DNA of 64,000 nucleotides from a virus, in IMG/VR virus record IMGVR_UViG_3300043436_003696, positions 26,099 to 90,098 of that record, one strand, 5' to 3'. The notes below the pieces were generated by a model. It made no database searches. It was not told where the DNA came from and saw only the letters and a list, made by a program, of their open reading frames with translations. The stretch's first letter is position 1; each line of letters opens with the position of its first letter. Shown here piece after piece: positions 9,638 through 20,002 of this stretch. The translations under genes and the position numbers were made by a program.

Positions 9638-11008
9638 ACCGAAATTTATAGTTTTTTGAATATCTCTATATGTAATATCAGGTTTTTGAGGAAATGGTTT
9701 TTTTACATCTTCAACAGGTATACCAAAAGTCATACTACACAAAATACTGTGTAAATCTTTACCATTATCAAAAGCATCTAACCAAATAGGGTCGTTACTA
9801 AATTCAGCTATAATTCTAAGTTCTATACCAGAATAATCTCCACCAACAAGAACATTACCTTTTTCAACTATAAAACAACTTCTAATTAATTTACCAAAAT
9901 TTCCTTTACTAGGAATTTGATTTAAATTAGGATTACTTACACTTATTCTACCTGTTTGTAAAACTTGCCATATATCACAATGTATTCTCTTAGTGTTAGA
10001 ATTAACATTATTTAAAAATTTTTCACCAAAACTTGTTTTAAGTTTAGAAAATTTATTGTATTCTATTAATTCTTTAGCTATTTTATTTTTCTTTTTTATT
10101 TTTTGCAGTTCTCTATCACCAGTAGATTCTAATTTAGGGTTTTCTATTTGTAATATTTTTAATTTTTGTAACGAACTACTCCAATTAATTTTTAATAATC
10201 TATCAGGTTTATCAAATAAGCTTCCTTGTGAGTATAAAGGTAAAAAAGCTTTGTACTTATCATGATTACTTATTAAAATATTATCTAAAGATTTTATTTG
10301 TTCTTTTTCTAGGTTTTTAACTTCTTTTGCAACCTCCATCCATTTAGCTGTATCAATTTTTATACCGTTGTATTCTAAATGCGCAAAAGCAATTACAGCT
10401 TTATTTTCTAAATCAATTGTATTTAATAATTCTTTTGATTCAAGAAGTTTCATTTGTTGTTCTCTTATTAAAGTTAAATACGCAACATCTTCAGCAGCAT
10501 ATTTTATAACTCTATCAGATAATCCTTCTGAATGTATTTTATTTCGTATTGTTTTATTTAGTTCAATGTTTAAGTATTTTTTACATAAAGCTTCTAATGA
10601 AGTACCTATATAATGTTCAGAATCTTCTAGTCTAAACTCATAACCTGTAAATAAAACACATTCAGCTAAAAACACATCAAAAAGATTAACTATGTTTATT
10701 CCTTTTTTAATAAAAAATTTTAAATCAAATTTAGCATTAGCAAATAAAAATAGTTTATTTTTATTTTGTAACAAGTCTTTAAAATAATCTAAATTTTCTT
10801 TAGTATAAGGAATTACAAATTGATTATCAGGATTACCTAATTGAAAACATAATAATTCACAATTATGAACGTCTAATCCAGTAGTTTCTGTGTCTACTTC
10901 TATTATGTCTAATTGTTCCAAGTATTCTTTACAATATAAAAGGCTACAAATTTTATGTTCTGTAGCCTCAAATAAAATAGATTGATTTTCATTTACTAAA
11001 TAACGCAT
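9638..11008 (-). CDS. polA: DNA polymerase family A, exon 1 (3'-5' exonuclease and polymerase)
   Basis: EVDTETTG (ExoI), NAKFDLKF, YAAEDV, TGRISVSNPNLNQIP, motif A GDYSGIELRI; ends QKTINFG. Confidence 0.95.
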
Positions 11009-11009
11009 A

Positions 11010-11585
11010 TTATTTTAAAGTTAATCCAAATTTTTCTACTATTGATGCACCTTCGATTTGATTACCATCTTCAATAGCTTTTTTAATATTAGTTTTAAGA
11101 ATTACAATAGTTGTTTCTAAATTTCTACCTAGAACATCAGCAACTTTAGCTAAATCTTCTAAAGATAATTTATCTTTAACAGTTACTTGTTTCCATTCAT
11201 TTCCAATCAATTCTTCATCAATTTGAACAGATTGTGATTTTCTAGTACTTAATTTAAATGTACCTAATTCTAGTCTCCAAATATCTTTTTTAGAGTCTTT
11301 TTGTCCAAATGTGATTAAAGCATCTAAAATAAATTGTTCTAACCTATCTACTAAATTACTTTTAATTAATTTTAATTTAGAAATTCTTTCAATTTCACTA
11401 TCACAAAATTTAATTTCTGATTCTAATGTTTTTACAATTTTAGAATATTCTTCAATTCTTTCTAAATAGTTTTCTTGTACTATTTTTAGTTCTTGTACTT
11501 GACCGTCTTCTAAAATACCTTCTTGTTGTTCAGCTAAACTCATTAGTTCTAGCCATTCTTGTTTTATATTATAAATTGGTTTCAT
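11010..11585 (-). CDS. Siphovirus Gp157-family protein
   Basis: Coiled coil, EIERISKLK, FKLSTRKSQSVQI, KTNIKKAIEDG.IEGA. Confidence 0.8.
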   Translation of the reverse strand: MKPIYNIKQEWLELMSLAEQQEGILEDGQVQELKIVQENYLERIEEYSKIVKTLESEIKFCDSEIERISKLKLIKSNLVDRLEQFILDALITFGQKDSKKDIWRLELGTFKLSTRKSQSVQIDEELIGNEWKQVTVKDKLSLEDLAKVADVLGRNLETTIVILKTNIKKAIEDGNQIEGASIVEKFGLTLK

Positions 11586-12219
11586 TTTTATTTTCTTTTA
11601 AAAAATCTAGTTTTAAATTAATTAATTCTGGTTTTACTATATCAACTGGTTTAATTGATATATTTACAAACTGCTCTAAACTAACAATAGGAAAATGTAT
11701 TATTCTTTGTTGTTTACCAGTATCAGTAAGTAAATATTTTTTAGGTGTGAAAGTATCTTTAAATATATCAGGCACTTTAATTAGATTAACAAATATACTA
11801 TGTTTTTGATACATCCATCTTCTATTTAATTGATTAAGTCTAGTCATATTATTTTTATCAAAAGAAGGTTTAATTTCAATAATAGATTTACAACAAGTTT
11901 CACTATGACGTTCAAATTTAGCTAATAATAAATTTGTATTTATTTTATAATTTGCTCCTAAATGTGGAAATTCATGATAAAATAATTCAAAAGCACTTGG
12001 ATTCCAATTTATTTCAAAATCAGGAGTATATTCAGAACCACTAAGAATAGTTTGTTCTTTTTCTTTAGATTTACTTTTTAGTTTTTCAACATATCTATTA
12101 ATAATTTTTTCACCTAATTCATAACTTTTACATTGATTCCAACTATCTATGTAACCAGCTTGTTCTAATTCCTCACACCACCATGAAAAATATAATTCTT
12201 CTTTACTATCAAATTGCAT
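11569..12219 (-). CDS. PD-(D/E)xK endonuclease-like protein
   Basis: FDSKEE...YTPDF...IIEIK. The probable start is the ATG of MQFDSK (12219) rather than the ORF-track start. Confidence 0.65.
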   Translation of the reverse strand: MQFDSKEELYFSWWCEELEQAGYIDSWNQCKSYELGEKIINRYVEKLKSKSKEKEQTILSGSEYTPDFEINWNPSAFELFYHEFPHLGANYKINTNLLLAKFERHSETCCKSIIEIKPSFDKNNMTRLNQLNRRWMYQKHSIFVNLIKVPDIFKDTFTPKKYLLTDTGKQQRIIHFPIVSLEQFVNISIKPVDIVKPELINLKLDFLKENKNETNL

Positions 12220-12230
12220 ATTTTTTTTGT

Positions 12231-13277
12231 TTAAAATGGTAACTCTAGTCCTTTTTTTAATTCTTTTGTTATTTCTACAGCTTCTTGAAAACCACATATT
12301 TTAGCTACATCTGTAATATCTTTAGGCATATTAGATGGATTACAATAAAAAGGAACTCCTAAATTATTAGATTGTGAGTTCATAGCTTCAATACCTGCTT
12401 TATCATTATTATAATAAAGTACTACGTTTTCATATTTAGATTTAAAAAATTCTATTTTTTCATCAGAAACAGGAGTTGTTTCACTCATAGATGCAACAGA
12501 TTCGTAATCTAAATTATACAGTTTCTCTATTTTTTTTAATAGTTTTACATCTTTATAACTAGACGTTAATATAATAGTAGATTTATTATATTTTAATTTA
12601 GTTTCTCCTTGTAAAACAGTTGCATTATTATGTATAAAACGCAATTCACTTTTCTTTTTATCTGCTAAAGGACAATAAACTTTTTTATCTTTGTTAAATA
12701 TATAAACAAACCCTAAATCTTTAGGTGGGTAAAATTTATTACCGTTTAACCAGTAAGTTTTTATACTAAAAACATCATCTTCTAAATCTTCTAAATCTAA
12801 ATAATATTGTTTCCAATATTTTATATCTTGAATAGTAAAATCTCTTTTTTTAACAAGTAATTCTATTTCAGAAGATGTTTTAGCTAATTTTTTAATAGTT
12901 TCAATTGGTAATACATATTTAAAATCTTTATTTTCTTCAGCAGATAATAAGTTAAAATGGTGGGCAATTAAACATAAAGCGTCAAAATAAGTGCAATTAT
13001 TTGCTATTTTTTGTACTAATCCTATACAATCATATCCTTTAGAATCTGCCCAATCTCTAAAATTAATCATCACACCTTCTCTTGGATAAGATACATTATT
13101 AATATATACAGCAAAACTACATGTTGGATTATCATCATCTCTTAAAGGATTACAAAATAATTTACCATCTAGTAAATCTGCAATACTTATTTGTAAATAT
13201 TTTTCAAACACTTGTTGTTGTGTTATTTTAGAAAATATAAATTCTTTTGTTATATTTGAAGCTCTAGGTTTTATCAT
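12231..13277 (-). CDS. crAss-type DNA primase
   Basis: FCNPLRDDDNPTCSF...FRDW zinc-binding-like N-terminus; TOPRIM-like ILTSSYKD, YYNNDKAG, KDITD. Probable start MIKPRAS. Confidence 0.85.
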   Translation of the reverse strand: MIKPRASNITKEFIFSKITQQQVFEKYLQISIADLLDGKLFCNPLRDDDNPTCSFAVYINNVSYPREGVMINFRDWADSKGYDCIGLVQKIANNCTYFDALCLIAHHFNLLSAEENKDFKYVLPIETIKKLAKTSSEIELLVKKRDFTIQDIKYWKQYYLDLEDLEDDVFSIKTYWLNGNKFYPPKDLGFVYIFNKDKKVYCPLADKKKSELRFIHNNATVLQGETKLKYNKSTIILTSSYKDVKLLKKIEKLYNLDYESVASMSETTPVSDEKIEFFKSKYENVVLYYNNDKAGIEAMNSQSNNLGVPFYCNPSNMPKDITDVAKICGFQEAVEITKELKKGLELPF

Positions 13278-13285
13278 ATTAGAAT

Positions 13286-13314
13286 AAAAAAAGGGCAAGT
13301 ATTAACTTGCCCTT
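13286..13314 (-). terminator. Rho-independent terminator after the SSB-like gene
   Basis: AAGGGCAAGT-loop-ACTTGCCCTT followed by a T tract on the minus strand. Confidence 0.75.
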
Positions 13315-13323
13315 ATTGTTAAT

Positions 13324-14151
13324 CTACAAAAAAGCTGATTTTGTAGTTGGTTGTTCTGAATCTGGTGTGTCTACTTCAATTTTTGGATAAAATACTTTTA
13401 ATTCAAACCCTGTAAAAGGTGATTTAGTATCTCCATATTGTTCTTTAAATGCGTTTGCAAATAAAGTTTCTGGGCTTTTAGCAGTTGGTCTACTAAATGC
13501 TTTTCCATAAATTACTTGATAATGCTTACTATTTTTTTCAGTTACGTCTAAATAAACCGTAATTTCATTATTAGGATGTTGTTTTAAATAACCTCTTAAT
13601 TCTGTAACATCTGCGTTCATAATTTTAGTAACATCAGCAAAATTACATTCATCATTAGTTGCTAAATTTAACCAATTTCTTACAAAAGAAAGCAACATTT
13701 CTTCTCCTATATAAGCATTATGATATGGCGGTTTAAAGAACCATTTCATTTTAGGGTTGCTTAAAATAGTTTCTTTTGTTCCCCAAGAACATTGACCTAA
13801 AGCATTAACTAATTGAGTTTTACCTGTTTGAGAAACTCTTTCTTTAGGAGCTACTAAAAATTCTATTCTAGTTTTAATAACAACATCTTTTAAAGAACTA
13901 TCTTTTTCTTTAGCTTTTGTTGTAGCTTCTAAATGAAAAACTACTTTATTTTGTAAATTACCATCATTTTGTAAATCTAAATCTGTATATTGTGGTTCTT
14001 TTTCTATTTTACCTTCTTCTAATCCTAAAAGTTTTTCTAATTCTGATTTAGAAGGATTAATTGCTACTACTTTCATATTAGCCAATCCTGTAAATTGGTC
14101 TATTGAATTTAAAACTACTTTGTCACTACTGTTTCCTGATATTCCACTCAT
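13324..14151 (-). CDS. Conserved crAss-like replication protein, probable ssDNA-binding protein
   Basis: FTGLANMKVVAINPSKSEL, SQTGKTQ, GEEML; acidic tail ending in a hydrophobic residue; lies next to the primase. Confidence 0.65.
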   Translation of the reverse strand: MSGISGNSSDKVVLNSIDQFTGLANMKVVAINPSKSELEKLLGLEEGKIEKEPQYTDLDLQNDGNLQNKVVFHLEATTKAKEKDSSLKDVVIKTRIEFLVAPKERVSQTGKTQLVNALGQCSWGTKETILSNPKMKWFFKPPYHNAYIGEEMLLSFVRNWLNLATNDECNFADVTKIMNADVTELRGYLKQHPNNEITVYLDVTEKNSKHYQVIYGKAFSRPTAKSPETLFANAFKEQYGDTKSPFTGFELKVFYPKIEVDTPDSEQPTTKSAFL

Positions 14152-14188
14152 TTTTATGTTGTTTTATTATTATGTTAATTTTTAAAGA

Positions 14189-14219
14189 TAAAAAAAGGAG
14201 ATATAAAATATCTCCTTTT
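14189..14219 (-). terminator. Rho-independent terminator
   Basis: AAAAGGAGATAT-loop-ATATCTCCTTTT. Confidence 0.75.
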
Positions 14220-14241
14220 AAGGTTTTTGTTTTTACTATAA

Positions 14242-14784
14242 TTATTCAGCAGAATTACTCATTGCAGTTAATTCGTCTGTAGAAACTTCTGATTTACTTT
14301 CTCTAGGATTGTAAACTTTAGGTTGTACAGATGAAGGTATAATTTTTAAATACGAAACACCTTCGTTTTCACCAATTGATTCTAAATCAAAATACTGACT
14401 ACCTTCAAAAGTAATGTCAAGCATACCTACTTGTTCTAAGTATTTAACTAATACTGGAACGCTTACATTACGTGCTTTATCTTCACCACGTTTAGCAGTT
14501 CCTAAAAAGATTGCATTAGCAGCAGGTACTACAGCAATACCAGCAAAAGTTGGGTTTTCAGCATCATCTACAAATGGTACTGCACCTACTTCTTGAGAAG
14601 ATAATCCAAATTTAGCTAAAGCACCTTCAGTAAATGCAAATTGATTTACTTCTTGTGAACCTGATTTAGTATCTTTTGTGTAATGTGCAAAACGGAAAGC
14701 AAAATTTGATTCACGAGTTGCTCCTTTTGTAGATTTACGTACTGTACCTTTTGTTTCTGCTAATTTAAAGTTTGAAAAATTCAT
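14242..14784 (-). CDS. Hypothetical protein with its own promoter and terminator
   Basis: 180 aa ORF flanked by a TATATTTG box and a terminator. Confidence 0.7.
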   Translation of the reverse strand: MNFSNFKLAETKGTVRKSTKGATRESNFAFRFAHYTKDTKSGSQEVNQFAFTEGALAKFGLSSQEVGAVPFVDDAENPTFAGIAVVPAANAIFLGTAKRGEDKARNVSVPVLVKYLEQVGMLDITFEGSQYFDLESIGENEGVSYLKIIPSSVQPKVYNPRESKSEVSTDELTAMSNSAE

Positions 14785-14827
14785 GTTGTTTTTTGTTTAA
14801 TTGTTTAAAATGTTAAAATTTATGATT

Positions 14828-14858
14828 CAAATATACCTCTTTTAATTTAAATAGTCAA
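14828..14858 (-). promoter_or_regulatory. Bacteroidota sigma-type promoter
   Basis: TTG...TATATTTG (-33/-7) upstream of the ORF starting at 14784. Confidence 0.65.
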
Positions 14859-14978
14859 GTTTTTTTTATTTTTTTTCTATACTTTTTAGTTCCTTTATAA
14901 TTTGTTTTTATAATTACTGACAAGTGCTGCCAATATGACTTAACTATTTATAATTAAAATTAGTATGGTTTTGCTTAA

Positions 14979-15671
14979 TTATTGTTCATTCCAATCTTGA
15001 ATTATCTTATCTGTTATAAGTTGTAAATTGTTTGGAATAAACTCTGTTTCCCACATTCCCATAGGACTTCTTGCTGTATCGTTGGAAGATACTGTTCTTA
15101 ATTGGTATCTAGTAGGGTCTGTATTTTTTTTATCTTCGTCTACATGAGTATAATAAGTATGACTTAATGCACCTTCTATATTATATTTAGTAGCCATTTT
15201 ACCTAATACTTTAAGTCGTTGTCTTAAAATATCTCCTTTTACTTTATAATCTTCTATATGACCTAACATGTAGACAATTAAAGGTGTTTTAGCTGCTCCT
15301 GAAATAGCTTTTAAATTATCTTTAACTTCTTTATAACCAGTTAAAATAGCATAATTCTTTTTTTCTAAATTATACATTTTTCTAGCACCTACAAAAGTTA
15401 AAGGTTTTTTATCTATATTAAAATAAGCTGTTTCATCAGGATTTAAAAAACTTGCACCTACTGTTTTTCCACTACCCTCGTATCCAAGTACTTGAACAGG
15501 TACTACATTAGGTAAAGATTTAATATAATTATATAAATCTAATAAATCTACACCAAAATCACGCCATTCATCGTAAGTTGCACCTCTATTTTTAGCTTCC
15601 ATTAAAGCTACATGTTGGTCATTCATAATTTGATTTATAGTATCAATAACTACATTTCTAAATTTACTCAT
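14979..15671 (-). CDS. AAA_24/Sak4-like P-loop ATPase with rearranged motif order
   Basis: GYEGSGKT...LNPDET.FNIDKKPL, VVIDT, LGHIE, ARSPMGMW...IPNNL. Confidence 0.8.
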   Translation of the reverse strand: MSKFRNVVIDTINQIMNDQHVALMEAKNRGATYDEWRDFGVDLLDLYNYIKSLPNVVPVQVLGYEGSGKTVGASFLNPDETAYFNIDKKPLTFVGARKMYNLEKKNYAILTGYKEVKDNLKAISGAAKTPLIVYMLGHIEDYKVKGDILRQRLKVLGKMATKYNIEGALSHTYYTHVDEDKKNTDPTRYQLRTVSSNDTARSPMGMWETEFIPNNLQLITDKIIQDWNEQ

Positions 15672-15889
15672 TTATTTTACCTCCTTAAAATTAAATTCAT
15701 TTTTTGTTACACTAGAACCTATTTCAAATACACCTTCATAAACAATAAAAGAAGATTTATCTGTAAATGTAATTTGTATTTTTTTACGTGTTTTAAAACT
15801 ATCTAAAATGTTACCATCATTTTTATTATATTTTTCATGTGTATCATTTTCTATTTTTAAACAGTCTTCTATTTTAAGTATTAAATCAT
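15672..15889 (-). CDS. Hypothetical protein
   Basis: Small ORF overlapping the dnaB stop (ORF-track start 15893). Confidence 0.45.
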
Positions 15890-16858
15890 TCATTTATTAG
15901 TTCATTAAACGGTTTACTAAAATCAGGTATTTTTTTATACCATTTTGGATTTTCTTTAAAATCTTCTGATTTTGGTATTTCTTCATAATACCCACATATA
16001 CCTAAAAATCTAAATGCTATATAAACACCATCTCTACCACCTCTATTTTTAAGTACAAAAGCAGTTCTAAAACTATCTAATATATCATGACTTTGAGTTT
16101 TTAATTCATAGTCTAAATAATTAGTAATATTGTATCTTTTAGGGTGAAATAATGCTATAACTACATTAGCAGATTCTTGAGTATTACCAGAATCTTTAAA
16201 ATCTGTTAATTGAGGTCGTAACTCTTTAAATTTTTGTCTTTGTATGTCACCTAATTCTCTATTAAATTGACTAATAACTACAGGGCTACATCTATATTTA
16301 TTTCTTAATTCTATTAAATGCTCGTCTAATTTATCTATATTAGCTTTTTTCTGTAGTTTTTGTTCCGCTTTTACTAACCCCACATGGTCTACAATTACAA
16401 TAACATATTCATTAATATTATTTGGTTTATAATATTTTATTTTTTTAGGTTTACCTTCAACTATTTTTTCGTATTCTACAAATTTACCGTTTTCATTACA
16501 ATAATTTTCTACTTGTTTTTTAATGCCTGTAGGATTAATAGGAATATCTTCAAATTGTATTTTATCAAACAATTCTTCAAAATATTTTTTGTAACTTAAT
16601 ACTAATTTATAATTTTCTTCTGAAAGTTTATTTTTGTCATCGTCTTCATCTTTCATATCCATACCCAAAATGTGTTCTGGGTCTATTTCTATTTTATGGT
16701 CTTGAAAAATTCTATATGATACCCATTTAGCTAATTTACTTTCTAAATCAATTTCAAAAGAATAATAAAATACTTTTAAACTTTCTTTTCTATTATTTTT
16801 AATTATTTCTTCATACGGATTTAATATAAACATTTCATCAGCTAAAGCAGTTTTACCA
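15886..16858 (-). CDS. dnaB: DnaB-like replicative helicase, exon 2
   Basis: Begins (V)GKTALADEMF; YYSFEI, VIVDHVGL, VISQFNR, DFKDSG, LKNRGG. Confidence 0.92.
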
Positions 16859-16923
16859 CATTTTATTATCTCATAAGTTCTTTATCTTATGATTCTACAG
16901 TTTCGTTATGTTATATCTGTAGT

Positions 16924-17886
16924 TTAGACTATCTCATCTATTGATTCATTATCAATAGCCGATATTTCGTGGATGAGTTGTATGTCTTTACTATCATCTA
17001 GTCGTTGAACCTCTATACTACTATTTAGACTTTGTATAGTTGGTAACTGATTGTCCTCTTCAGGAGTTTCCAGTTTTAAATCGGTTTTTCGGGGGCAAGT
17101 AAAACTATATCTACTTTTATATAATTTTTTTTTCGATGTTAATATTTGACTTATTGAAGGGCTTGGTAAATTAAAATATATAGAACATTCTTTTATAGAA
17201 TTAAATATTAATTTTTCATTTGTTATTAAATCTGTAACTTCTACTATTTTATTTAATTTAGAAACGTCTTTAGGTTTATAAACAATTTTTGATATTATTT
17301 TTTCAGTATCATTACTTAATTTAAACTGATAACCTTTGTTTTGTTTATGTGTACCTAATAAAACCCTATCTATGCCAGACCTTGAAATATTAAGATTCTT
17401 AGAAGCTTCTTCTATAGATTTATAACTAATTATATAATTACCATCTTTATCATATACATCTACAGCTTTATTAACAGGATTTTCATAACCTAATTCATAA
17501 TTTTTCTTTAATTTTTTAGAAATAGATTTTTTTATATCTTCTGTTATAATTTTATTTAATTCTCCTTCTCCTCTATCATCAGCGTTAGTTAAATTGTATT
17601 TACCTTTATATTTATTTATTAAATTTCTTTCAAAAATATGTGATTCTTTCCAACCATCAACAGTTGTTAACAATTTTATTTTTGGTTCTTTTCCTTCTTT
17701 TAATAAAGATTTTATCCAATTTACTTTATGACTGTATTTTTTATTAGGATAATATTTTTCAAAATATTTAGCTTTAGTTATATGTTCTATTAATCTATAT
17801 TCTAATATTTCTTTTTTAGTTCTTCCTATGTAACGTATTTTACACTCATTGTAATCGTAAAGACAATATATTTTAATTTTTTCCAT
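16924..17886 (-). CDS. Intron-encoded GIY-YIG-type homing endonuclease with NUMOD1-like repeats
   Basis: IYCLYD...IRYIGRT...RL.EH...E...LTN catalytic pattern; two VDVYD...YKSIEEAS / FNSIKECS DNA-binding repeats. Probable start MEKIK. Confidence 0.85.
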   Translation of the reverse strand: MEKIKIYCLYDYNECKIRYIGRTKKEILEYRLIEHITKAKYFEKYYPNKKYSHKVNWIKSLLKEGKEPKIKLLTTVDGWKESHIFERNLINKYKGKYNLTNADDRGEGELNKIITEDIKKSISKKLKKNYELGYENPVNKAVDVYDKDGNYIISYKSIEEASKNLNISRSGIDRVLLGTHKQNKGYQFKLSNDTEKIISKIVYKPKDVSKLNKIVEVTDLITNEKLIFNSIKECSIYFNLPSPSISQILTSKKKLYKSRYSFTCPRKTDLKLETPEEDNQLPTIQSLNSSIEVQRLDDSKDIQLIHEISAIDNESIDEIV

Positions 17887-17890
17887 AAAA

Positions 17891-17898
17891 CAAATATA
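17891..17898 (-). promoter_or_regulatory. Bacteroidota -7 promoter box for the GIY-YIG gene
   Basis: TATATTTG 4 nt upstream of the ATG at 17886. Confidence 0.6.
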
Positions 17899-17958
17899 CA
17901 AAATATATATTGATTATTCAGCGCAGAAATAATAAATTTTTAAATTTATTAATATTTT

Positions 17959-18104
17959 ACCCCCGTTTCAGCACCTACTAAATAATATTTCTTTTTTTGT
18001 AACCCTCTTAAATATTTATCTAATCTAGGAAAACCCATTGGTATACCAGCATTTAATCCTTTTCTACCATCATCAACGTATCTTATAAAATTGTCATATA
18101 TCAT
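17959..18104 (-). CDS. dnaB: DnaB-like helicase, exon 1 (absent from the ORF track)
   Basis: MIYDNFIRYVDDGRKGLNAGIPMGFPRLDKYLRGLQKKKYYLVGAETG; ATGA overlap with the upstream gene. Confidence 0.9.
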
Positions 18105-18775
18105 ATTTGTGTTCCTACATCTTTGTCAGTTTCTTCTAAAGCTAACAGCTCTTCAATATCATTATAAAGTTTACTTTCTAAAGCTTTAACTAATCCAACA
18201 GGATTTAAAACAGGTACACCACCTTTTTTTGTTTCTGTTAATCTTTTTACATGCTTAAACATTTCAACTATAAATTTATGTTTTAAAATATCTCCTTGTA
18301 TAATACTGTTGTAATATTCATAAAAAGGTTCTTTATCAAAAGGTATTCCTTTTAAATAAGTTCTACTTCCTTTAATTATCATCCAAGATGGATAAGCTTT
18401 TAAAACTTCTTCGGCAGCAATTTCAGGGTCTATATAAACTTTGTTTTTAAACAAAGGAGTTACAATAAGTAAATCTAATAAAACAACATCTTTTAATTTT
18501 TTATATTCTTTTTTATAACCAGATTGTTTATTTATTACAATTTCTACAGTTTTTTCTATTTCATTATTATTACCGCAATCTTCAACATACCCTAAATTTT
18601 CTAGTTTTAAAATATCCATATAATCTATTCCATCATGTTTTTCTATATAGTTATAAAACAATTCTTTTTTATATTTAAAGTTTTGTTCTAAAAGCATTAT
18701 ACATATCCATGCTTGATTAGGCGTAATATTTAATTCTTTTAATATATTATTTGTTCTTTTAAAATCATAGAACAT
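18101..18775 (-). CDS. Hypothetical replication-block protein
   Basis: 224 aa ORF coupled to dnaB; AEEVLKAYPSW motif. Confidence 0.65.
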   Translation of the reverse strand: MFYDFKRTNNILKELNITPNQAWICIMLLEQNFKYKKELFYNYIEKHDGIDYMDILKLENLGYVEDCGNNNEIEKTVEIVINKQSGYKKEYKKLKDVVLLDLLIVTPLFKNKVYIDPEIAAEEVLKAYPSWMIIKGSRTYLKGIPFDKEPFYEYYNSIIQGDILKHKFIVEMFKHVKRLTETKKGGVPVLNPVGLVKALESKLYNDIEELLALEETDKDVGTQI

Positions 18776-18796
18776 AAACCTCCTTATTTTATATTG

Positions 18797-20002
18797 TTAT
18801 AATTCAATTTCATTTATGGATTCAATCCATCTTACATTAGCAAAAGATTTTTGACTAGTTTTTAACCAACCTATTTCCATAGTATTTTTACAATAAAGAC
18901 TTACAAAAACAGCAAATTCTTTATTTTCTTCTTTTCTAATAACTCTACCTAATGTTTGAATCATTCCTCTTTCAGTAGAATCATAAGAAGCTCTAATACC
19001 ACATTGTAACCCTTTTACGTCTAATCCTTCTTGTAAAGCTTTTACAGATAATATACAATTATATTTATCTGTTATTATACCTAATAAAGCAGCTTCTTTT
19101 TCTTTAGGTTTTAAATTAGAATGATATATTGTACTTTTATCAACAAGTTTTTTAGCTTCTTGGCAAAATTTAATTGTTTGTGAAAATACAATAGTTTTTT
19201 TGTTTACTAATTTTACTATATCTGCAATAATTTGTTTTTTGTTAAAAGCATTATAAACAATTGATTTTCTTTTGGATATTGCAGCAGTAGCTCTTACAGC
19301 TCTCATTGCAATATCTTGTTCGTTAAAATCATTTTCATTACAATAATTTAATCTTGCTTCTTTATTTTGTAATAATTCATAAAGTAGTTTTAAATCATTA
19401 TTAAAATAAGGAAAGTGAGACTTGAAAATGTTATCTACTTTAATATATTCTTCTTCTTCTTGTGTAGTTAAATCAATAGCTAAATTATAAATTTTATATT
19501 GGCTAACCCAATTATTTTTTTTAGCTTCTTCAACAGTTATTTTACTAATAAGTTTAATGTCTTTAGATTCTAAAAATAATAATTGTTCAGTTGTAAATTT
19601 AGCTGATAAAATCCAACAATTAACAAAAGTACAAATATCTAAAACTAAACTAAACATTACTGCATCTTTATTTGATATTTTGTGACCTTCATCAATAAGT
19701 AAAAAATCACATACTCTTAATTCCATAACATAAGTATTTATAATAAATACTTTTATGTTATAATTAGGTAATTGTTCAAGTATTAACTTTTCCCATTGGT
19801 TTTTTAAAGCTTCAGTAGGTACAATAACATGAACAATTTTATTAATAGGTATACGTTTAATAGCTAAAAAAGCCATGTAAGTTTTTCCAAACCCAGTTGG
19901 AAATTCACCTGCTACTCCTCTTGATACTCCACTAATAAAATGATTAATTACTTTATCTACTTCTATTGTTTGTCTTGCTAATCTATTCTCGTCTATTTGC
20001 AT
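18797..20002 (-). CDS. Superfamily 2 (DExH) helicase
   Basis: PTGFGKT, LIDEGH, LSA, EGLDV, QTLGRVIR. Confidence 0.92.
   Translation of the reverse strand: MQIDENRLARQTIEVDKVINHFISGVSRGVAGEFPTGFGKTYMAFLAIKRIPINKIVHVIVPTEALKNQWEKLILEQLPNYNIKVFIINTYVMELRVCDFLLIDEGHKISNKDAVMFSLVLDICTFVNCWILSAKFTTEQLLFLESKDIKLISKITVEEAKKNNWVSQYKIYNLAIDLTTQEEEEYIKVDNIFKSHFPYFNNDLKLLYELLQNKEARLNYCNENDFNEQDIAMRAVRATAAISKRKSIVYNAFNKKQIIADIVKLVNKKTIVFSQTIKFCQEAKKLVDKSTIYHSNLKPKEKEAALLGIITDKYNCILSVKALQEGLDVKGLQCGIRASYDSTERGMIQTLGRVIRKEENKEFAVFVSLYCKNTMEIGWLKTSQKSFANVRWIESINEIEL

Larger units (their letters stand above)
16859..17958 (-). mobile_element. Group I intron in the dnaB Walker A codons (1100 nt)
   Basis: Splicing GGG GT|T GGT AAA restores GAETGVGKT. 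The 5' exon ends in U and the intron ends in G. IGS GCCCCCG pairs with CGGGGGT; AGTTTTAC pairs with 3' exon GTAAAACT. Core elements: AAACTGGAAACTC, AATCAGTTACC, TCAACGACTAGA, GAGATAGTCTA. Confidence 0.92.

Noticed and set aside
8506-11008. PolA as two separate genes, or interrupted by an intein
   Set aside because: An in-frame TAA follows exon 1, and U/G splice ends with P1/P10 pairing support an RNA intron
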